A stretch of DNA of 64,000 nt from Phoronis australis (lineage: Eukaryota; Animalia; Phoronida), in contig NMRA01000030.1 in the NCBI GenBank assembly GCA_002633005.1, positions 132,111 through 196,110 on the forward strand. The letters are read 5' to 3'. Below are positions 55,055 to 64,000 of the stretch, one piece after another (the stretch's first letter is position 1; each line of letters begins with the position of its first letter). Under the pieces are notes generated by a model. It searched no databases. It worked only from the letters and a program-made list of their open reading frames with translations, and was not told the DNA's origin. Position numbers and translations under genes: made by a program.

Positions 55055-57522
55055 TATAACGGTTCACCTAACGAAAGTGTTATTCTCCTTGAGGTTTTAA
55101 CTGCAGGATATATTCACATGTCCAGACCTACCCCATGTTTTAACTGCAGCATATGTTCAGGTGTCTCTTTAGTAGACCTGTTCCATGTCACCGCAGCATA
55201 TATTCACATGTCAAAATCTGCTCCATGTTTTAAGCAGCATATATTCACATGTTCTACATATTTCATGTTTTTAGGGGCGAAGAAAATACTCAAATGTTTT
55301 TCATTCAGACATATGCCCATTATCTTCACTTACAGGCACAGGGGATAGGCCCGTACCAGGGCCGTAGGAAGCGGGGCCGGGGGCACGGGCCCCACCAAAA
55401 ATTTTCAGGCATCAGGGTTAAACCGTGGCAACCGACATACGCGTGGGGCGGGGACAGTCGAGAAAAGAAAGACTGCTAAATGAGAGAGAAAACTCAAAAT
55501 AACATTTAACAACTCTGGGTATCAGTGAATGGTTTTACCTTTTGACGACCCTGGTCAGGACATTGTTGTGGGGTCTCTGCTTTCGCAGCACAGGTCGTCT
55601 AAATGCACTTGGAAATGATTCATTCATATATTTCGAAAAATCGCCAAAATTTGTTAAGTGAATTTTTTCGGAGCGTATTAATTTACTGGATTTTTAAATT
55701 CAGTAAGTCAATTTTGCGACTGCAAAACCATATTTTCCAGAGGCCCCTCTCTGGCAAGGGATAACGGAGACAACTGTCGCTTTTTTTCTCGAATTGTATA
55801 TCGCTTGAGAAAATTTGATGACCTGACAGATATTATCAATTGCTACACATTTCATGAAAATATAGATATTTTCACATAGAGGGGCCCCACGTCTAAAGGA
55901 GGCCATTGATGACATTCAAGTGACCACAGTTTTTATATTCATATGTCTATTGACAAATTCTTAGGGTACGCTCACGGAGAGAGGACCCAATTTTGGACTC
56001 GATTACGTCTATTTTCTTGTTTTTTGTGAAATCATGCAACCAACTTTCATGTTGAAGAAGGTCACTTCCTGCACCGTCGTCTGACCACACGACGGTGGAG
56101 TGAACTGTCACTCTTTTCCAAGCTTAATGATGCGTAGCTTTTCATAATTAAGGTGTCCAATTTCAGACGGGACCCTCTCTCGTTGGAGCAGTTCGGAGAA
56201 ATGTTCGTTTGTCCTTCTTTACATGTAAATCCGACACTGCCAAGTATTCACGAGGGAAGTTGTGATTCAAAATTTGTCAAGAAAAAACAAAACATTCGTG
56301 AACAGCACAGCAGTATCAAGACATTCAACCTAAACAATCAAAAAATGTGCAAAAATTTGGACCGCCATCGAAAGGGAGTCAGGAATTTTAAAGAACGTGA
56401 AGACCGCTGTTTTTTAATTACAGAAAAGGACTATTTCCGATGGTTAGTTATAAAATAATGTTACTGTTTCCCATATTATCACCAGAATAGTATCTCTGTT
56501 GATGATGGTTACTATGAGTTGTTTGTAAAGAATTCCCACATGTAGAAAACACTGCTGTCGAGGCTACCATTGGGGTGACCGTGCACATGTCGAACGAGTG
56601 TACCCAAATACTCGCAATAATAAACACATTGAACAAATATTTCAGCGTTGTTTTGAGGTCAAGTTATAATTCATGAACCGTTATAGATACCTCGGAAAGA
56701 GCAAAAATACACGTCACTATGAATGCCCAATCCCCCACATTCCCCCTGTTACCCGTCAAAAGTCTGCGAGTATTCATGCAGAAATTGCTTATAACATTCC
56801 GTTTTGATTAACAAATTCGTTGGTTTCTGATTTAAATGTTTATGTATCTACGAAAACCTACAGGTTATTGGGTGATTTTTGGCAATTAGAAGCTAATCTA
56901 AGCTAAGAAATGATGACGATTCACGAAATTTAGTTGAAGCCTGAATATAGAAAAAACTACATGAAAAATTCGATCCTCAAATAGTAAAGTGCACTTGGAC
57001 GCTTTTTGCCTATCTAAAATAGCTCTAAAAACATTGATGAAATTTGGACTCTTCCCAAAAAAATTTACTCACAATTCAAATGACAATAAATGCATTGCTT
57101 TTTGACTTCGCTACAAGATTTTTTATTTAAAGTCACTAACAGGGCAATAAAAAGGAATTAAGTAAATGCATCGCTCATGGATTTGGTTGTTAGTTTTTGA
57201 TTTACATATTTATGTATCTACGAAAGTGGACTGAGTGAGATAGGATTTTTTTGACTATTAGAAGCTAATCTTGTAAGAAATGACAATACTTCAATGAACT
57301 TAATTGCAAGCCGACATTGGGAAAATTCGATCTATCATCAGACCCCCAAATATAAAAGTACACTAAACGATTTTTGTCTATCTGAAATAAGTCTCAAGGA
57401 AATTGATGAATTTCGAACAGCTCAACAATGTGTCCTAAAATGTTCTCACAATTTATGTGACAATAAATTGTTTATTGGCTTAGGAACTAGATTACTGGGT
57501 TTAAGTTTACAAACCGTAGATN

Positions 57523-57654
57523 TTTCACGTGCAATGGAGAGACGACTTTCAGCTTTGTTAATGGTTCCGTTACTGGGTCTTTCAACGTTTGGTTACTTCT
57601 TCTTCATGGGAGGTCAAGAAGTGGGCCAACTGTATGTCAGCCGTCTGCTTGTTG
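57523..57654 (+). CDS. HHAT: HHAT exon 8, second copy (starts at N57522, no acceptor; probable alternate haplotype)
   Basis: Matches 51713-51844 immediately after the N. Confidence 0.5.
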
Positions 57655-59052
57655 GTAAGTACCACCATGTTTTCAACGAAATTTTGCTCGCTCAGGCATT
57701 TTGCACGGAGGTTCCTGTGCCCAGAGTTTTTTGCAGTTTGCTAGCTTATTACTTATCTGTGTGATTGCTTGGCCAAATTACCGGTAGTTACAAACACAAC
57801 ACATACTGATGATGTGAATGTAAAGTAGCTTGAAAGTTTCCAAATGTTTTATCAAGAACGAGTTTTTTGGCGAAAATGATCAGTCGCAAATCACTGAACC
57901 GTGTCTATTAAGTATCATATCATGGTGATGGGGCATAACAGTGCATGATGCGGCTTATGTAAGCTCTTGAGGTACGTCATTAGTGCAAAGATAACATACA
58001 GAGGCAGATCTACAGGGGGTTCAGCGGGTTTAAACCCCCCCTCCCAGGACAGGATCAAAAATCAAAATAAAATAAATAACATTGGCAGGAAAACGAAATC
58101 AGGTACAAAAACAAAAAAAATCTTACACAGGAAATGGGAAAACCCCCTTCCGACCTTCCCTCCACTTGGCGTTATGCGCCTCGGATTCGCGTGAATCCTA
58201 AACCCCCTTGCTGAAAACGTAGATCTGCCACTGCCTCATTTGCAGAATTTTTTGTTTTCACTACAAATTGTCCAGGAACACAACTGCACTTTGTTTAGTG
58301 TAGATGATGTTCAAATAGCACTGTTGTTTAGTTCCTGCTATACATTAGCATATAATTAGTTAGAAGCATGCAAATACATTCTTAAAAAACATGTCTGTCA
58401 GGATCAAAGTTCTTGAGCACAGAATTAGTAGCCAGCTGATTATGACCAAATGTCAAGTTGATGGACAACAGTTCACTTTTAATCTAAAAACATCATTGGG
58501 AACATAGAATACATCATGCATGATCCACAGTCAAAACAATGTAACAGGAAATAGTCACAGCAACTACATATACATGGAGACATCAACACACTGGTATAGC
58601 GGTAAATTGAGGAGAAGTTTTTCATCTGATCAGTGTTAAATAGTGACTAAAGCACATAGGTAGCCTGTTGTGGCTAAAGCAGCCTGTTGGTCAGTGATAA
58701 ATAGAGGCTAATTAAAGCACATACTGGTAGCCTGCTGGTATTTCAAAGCATATACGTCTTTCTGTTGCTTTCACTAGACAAGATTTTAACAGAGTCACGA
58801 TTAGTAGTCTGTGTTGAAGTTGCCACTGCACTCATTATTGCACTTTTCTGGCCGTTTGTTACAAGTTATCAGACTAGTCAACTATGACCAATCGTCTGGT
58901 TTTCTAGTCGGACAACACTTTGTGATCTGTGCTTGGGCTTACACTGTATTGTACAGTGTTACATTTACCTTTCTGTCTACACAGTGTCATGTTATTTCGT
59001 AACTTGTTCTTTTTACAACCTTGAAATTGTTAATTACTCCTAATCGTTACAG

Positions 59053-59141
59053 GGGGCAGCACATCAGCACTACTGGCAGTCAGCTACTTTACACAAATAC
59101 AAGTATCCATGGATATACAGAAATGGGAGGAACACCATTGA
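59053..59141 (+). CDS. HHAT: HHAT terminal exon, second copy (...QKWEEHH*)
   Basis: Homologous to 53240-53355 but has one fewer A, giving an earlier TGA. Confidence 0.55.
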
Positions 59142-62100
59142 CACCGAGGACAGTGGCAGTGACCTAATTATGCTGCATGCAACAAAGACAGCTGTGGTGA
59201 ACATCTAGTTTAGCATTGTGCACTTTGTTGCATTGTGTTGTTTTAGTCTGATCTGTTGTGGATATTATTGGACCAATTTTATTTTTTTGTATTTTTGACA
59301 TTTGTTTTTGTCCGAAAATTCTGATAAGTTTTATACACTAAACTGAAAATAACAACCTGTAATATGTTATGAATGCCTAAATAATTCATCGTTGTTGCCT
59401 GTGGCCTTTCAACTGTAAGTTCTGTTGTACTGAGATTTTACATCATAAATAGTTTGATTGGTTCTCCATATTATACATAGTACACACAGCAGTTCACATT
59501 ATACATCATAAATAGATTGATAGACTCAGTATCTCACACATACACACATCAGCCTTCAATATGGGTGGGCTCGAATTCCCGACGTTGGGGACCTTTTGCT
59601 AACAAAAGAGCGGGCGGACTAAAAAACGGGAGCACCTCTGTGAATTGCGCGCTTGCGCTTATTTAGTGGGCTTTTGTCCCATTTTCTCGGACTTTTTGTC
59701 TCTTTTGGGGGTGGACCTTTTTGTCCACTTCGCCAAATGGGGGGCTCATTTGAGCCCCCGAGCCCCCCTCCCCCTCGCTGGGTGCCGCGCACATGATAAG
59801 ACTGATATACATAGTGCTGGGGGAAAAGCAGTTTGTATAACTGATATACGCATGGTGTTGAATGGAAAGTGGGTTATAAACCCAATACACTCCCGGAGAT
59901 CAAACCACAAAGTGAAAATGGCACTCTTCCTGTTGGTTTGGTTAAAGCCCACCTTCAGTGACAACACATGTAAATTTAGTTCTTCCAATAAGCATCACTC
60001 TGACCCTGACTATGAAGTAATGAAGCTCACGGTGACAAAAATATAACTGGCGTTTTACGTATTGATATTTGATATACTCTGGTATCCCCAGCAGATATAT
60101 ACTTCTTGTGCGGTAAGGGTGAATATAAGTTCAAAACTACTATTATCTGCTGTTCTTTGATTGCCCTTTTCTCGTGGTGACTCAGAATGGTGGGGAAAAT
60201 GCTACATCACTTAGTGGTCTTACAATGCCTGCTTGTTGACTTGGTGTTATTGCTAAATCATTGTATCGCTATCCCGGGGTTCGTCCAGAATAACAAGAAT
60301 CGATGGCATTGTTTTTGTCCTGTTTAACTTCAGAATTCTAACTATTGGGTGAGAACTTCCGATTTCTAGCTTATGGATTCAGTATTAGGTGACCAATGCG
60401 GTATCAGTAGTGTTTATATTAGTCATCACTATAGGGCCTTTCATACTAACGTCGACGCGCCGATGGTTTGGGAAGTTGCGGTCAGTATGAACGCTTAACT
60501 CCGATCCTGGACCGCAGTTAAAACCTCCAGTTAACATCACAGGTGGATTTAACAGCGCAGCGTCGACGCTGTGGCACAGTATGAACGCTAATTTCGGTCC
60601 AATCGAAGTGATCGCCAGGTGCCACTGTCATCGTCAACAGTTACAGGGGTCGTCACTAATAGCTGCTTATATTTTGCTCTATTGAATAACAACTAATCGA
60701 TTTAAAAATAAGTTTAATGTCATTTAGCACATGTAAAGGTTCTCAAATTGTATCACTGAAAAAATCTTAGCGTGCAGCGCTACTTTGCGATAACTTCGAT
60801 GACGACAGCGTCACCAACCGTTTACTTGGATGTTCGTTATCTACCGAAGCCAGTATGTACGGTTCAGTTTCCGTCGACGCTCCGGCGCTCAGACCGGAGT
60901 TAAGTCAATATGAAACGGCCTTATAACGGCTCACCTAACGAAAGTGTTATTCTCCTTGAGGTTTTAACTGCAGGATATATTCACATGTCCAGACCTACTC
61001 CGTGTTTTAACTGCAGCATATGTTCAGGTGTCTAGACCTGTTCCATGTCACCGCAGCATATATTCACATGTTCTACATATTCCATGTTTTTAGGGGCGAA
61101 GAAAATACTCAAATGTTTTTCATTCAGACATATGTCCATCATCTTCACTTACAGGCACAGGGGATATGCCCGTACCAGGGCCGTAGGAAGCGGGGCCGGG
61201 CCGGGGGGCACGGGCCCCACCAAAAATTTTCTGGATTCAGGAGTAAACCGTGGCAACCGACATACGCGTGGGGCGGGGACAGTCGAGAAAAGAAAGACTG
61301 CTAAATGAGAAAGAAAACTCAAAATAACATTTAACAACTCTGTATCAGTGAATGGTTTACCTTTTGACGACTCCGGCTAGGACATTTGTTGTTGGGGTCT
61401 CCGCTTTCGCAGCACAGGTCGTCTAAATGCACCTGGAAATGTGCACGTAATGATTCATTCATATATTTCGAAAAATGGACAAAATTTGTTAAGTGAAGCT
61501 TTTGCGGAGCGTATTAATTTACTGGATTTTTAAATTCAGTAAGTCAATATTGCGACTACAAAACCATATTTTCCAGAGGCCCCTCTCTGGCAAGGGATAA
61601 CGGAGACAACTGTCGCTTTTTTCTCGAATTGTATATCACTTGAGAAAAATTGATGACCTGACAGATATTATCAATTGCTGCACATTTCATGAAAATATAG
61701 ATATTTTCACATATAGGGGCCCCACGTCTGAAGGAGGCCATTGATGACATTCAAGTGACCACAGTTTTTATATTTCTATTGAAAAATTTTTGGGGTACGC
61801 TCACGGAGAGAGGACCCAATTTTGGACTCGATTACGTCTATTTTCTTGTTTTTTGTGAAATCGTGCAACCAAATTTCATGTTGAAGAAGGTCACTTCCTG
61901 CACCGTCGTCTGACCACGCGACGGTGTAGTGAACTGTCTCTCTTCTCCAAGCTAATGATGCGTAGCTTTTCATAATTAACTGAGGTGTCCGATTTTAGAC
62001 GGAACCCTCTCTCGTTGGAGCAGTTCGGAGAAATGTCCGTTTGTCCCTCTTTACATGTCAATCCGACACTGCCAAGTATTCACGAGGGAAGTTGTGATTC

Positions 62101-64000
62101 AAAATTTGTCAAAAAAAACCCAAAACATTCGTGCACAGCACAGCAGTATCAAGACATTCAACCCAAACAACCAAAAATGTGCAAAAATTTGGACCGCCAT
62201 TGAAAGGGAGTCAGGAATTTTAAAGAACGTGAAGACCGCTGTTTTTTAATTACAGGAAAGGACTATTTCCGATGGTTAGTTATAAAATAATGTTACTGTT
62301 TCCCATATTATCACCAGAATAGTATCTCTTTTGAAGATGGTTACTATGAGTTGTTTGTAAAGAATTCACACATGTAGAAAACACTGCTGTCGAGGCTACC
62401 ATTGGGGTGACCGTGCACATGTCGAACGAGTGTACCCAAATACTCACAATAATAAACACATTGAACAAATATTTCAGCGTTATTTTGAGATCAAGTTAAA
62501 TTCATGAACCGTTATACTATGAGATACCTCGGAAAGAGCAAAAATACACGTCACTATGAATGCCCCATCTCCCATATTCCCCGTCACCCGTCAAAAGTCT
62601 GTGAGCATACATGCGGAAATTGCTTATAACATTCTGTTTTGATTAACAAATTCTTTGGTTTCTGATTTAAATGTTTATGTATCTACGAAAACCTACAGGT
62701 TAATAGGTGATTTTTGGCAATTAGAAGCTAACCTAAGCTAAGAAATGATGACGATTCAGGAAATTTAGTTGAAGCCTGAATATAGAAAAAACTATAATCC
62801 GATCCTCAAATAGTAAAGCGCACTTGGACGCTTTTTGCCTATCTAAAATAGCTCTAAAAAACATTGATGAAATTTGGACTCTCCCAAAAAAATTTACTCA
62901 CAATTCAAATGACAATAAATGCATTGCTTTTTGACTTCGCTACAAGATTTGTTATTTAAAGTCACTAACAGGGCATTAAAAAGGAATTAAGTAAATGCAT
63001 TGCTCATGGATTTGGTTGTTAGTTTCTGATTTACATATTTATGTATCTACGAAAGTGGACTGAGTGAGAGAGGATTTTTTTGACTATTAGAAGCTAATCT
63101 TGTAAGAAATGACAATACTTCAATGAACTTAATTGCAAGCCGACATTGGGAAAATTCGATCTATCATCAGACCCCCAAATATAAAAGTACATTAAACGAT
63201 TTTTGTCTATCTGAAATAAGTCTCAAGGAAATTGATGAATTTCGAACAGCTCAACAATGTGTCCTAAAATGTTCTCACAATTTATGTGACAATAAATTGT
63301 TTATTGGCTTAGGAACTAGATTACTGGGTTTAAGTTTACAAACCGTAGATTAATACTTATATAAATAAAATGAAACTTATTGGTCACCAACTTGGAAAGG
63401 TTGTCTTTGAACTTCCTTGATGTTTTTGGTGTCCAGTAGTATTGCGAAATGAATTTTTGTTCTTCAAAACTGAATTGTTTGCTTGCATTTCCCGTGTATA
63501 CTACACACAGGGCATGCGCGCATTCAGCCTAAAATATAGGGGGCTCGAATTTTTTAGGTTGTGTACCTTTTACTAAAGAAAAAAACGAATACGGGGTTTG
63601 TTCAGGGCTATCAATTGTGCATACGCCGATTCCTGCCCTTTCAGTGGACTTTTGTCTCGTTTTTCTCGCATTTTCTGTTTCTCTGAGGCGGACCTTTTTG
63701 CCCACTTTGCCATCGAGCCCCCCGACCTCCACCCCCTCCCCCCGTAGGTGCGCATGCACAGAGCACGTCATGACAGGCACACCCACGTTAAAAATAAGGT
63801 GTAACCATGCAGTAGGCCTGCTTAGAATCACAGTTACCCACGGGAACTGAATTTGAACCCCAGACGTTGAAGTGTGTACATTTTTGGGACACGATCTGTA
63901 TCATTTTCCCCAGCAACCAGAAACTGGACTACCGGCTGTGTTTCATCAAGGGATTCTGAAACGGCCACAAAGGCATTCACACCAGGCACCTCGGGACCTC

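Larger units (their letters stand above)
51713..63350 (+). repeat. Apparent ~5.8-kb tandem duplication: 51713-57521 vs 57523-63350, junction at N57522
   Basis: Both copies start TTTCACGTGCAATGG and end AAACCGTAGAT; scattered SNPs and indels lie in between. Confidence 0.92.

Noticed and set aside
57294-57764. 156-aa ORF as a novel fusion gene
   Set aside because: It reads through the N at the assembly junction into the duplicated HHAT exon 8.
49112-59141. A second HHAT paralogue or mutually exclusive exon system
   Set aside because: Breakpoints coincide exactly with Ns, the second exon 8 lacks an acceptor, and the exon 7 copies encode identical peptides.

Overview
This is AT-rich, intron-containing animal genomic DNA, probably from a marine invertebrate (taxon is inference). 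It is not prokaryotic, so most of the supplied ORF track is spurious. I reconstructed two multi-exon genes by hand with GT-AG junctions in consistent phase, arranged head to head about 1.2 kb apart. The first is a minus-strand ADP-ribosylarginine hydrolase (ADPRH/ARH1-like; 8 coding exons, 29377->12738, 351 aa). The second is a plus-strand Hedgehog acyltransferase (HHAT-like MBOAT; 9 coding exons, 30570->53355, ~546 aa). Introns hold a decayed Ty3/Gypsy element, a ~5 kb TTAA-flanked TIR transposon, a mariner remnant, several MITEs and minisatellites. Two apparent tandem duplications of HHAT 3' exons (45731-50262 and 51713-63350) each break exactly at a single N and most likely represent uncollapsed haplotypes. 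The most unusual signals are: (i) a ~140-bp-periodic, same-orientation array of CTCF-consensus motifs carried by a dispersed HINE-like repeat just 3' of ADPRH; (ii) a 37-bp minisatellite built from ~18 copies of an ADPRH splice acceptor; (iii) a very compact ETS-centred bidirectional promoter. I found no CRISPR array, RNA gene or convincingly new protein system, and I could not support any gene in the first ~10 kb.
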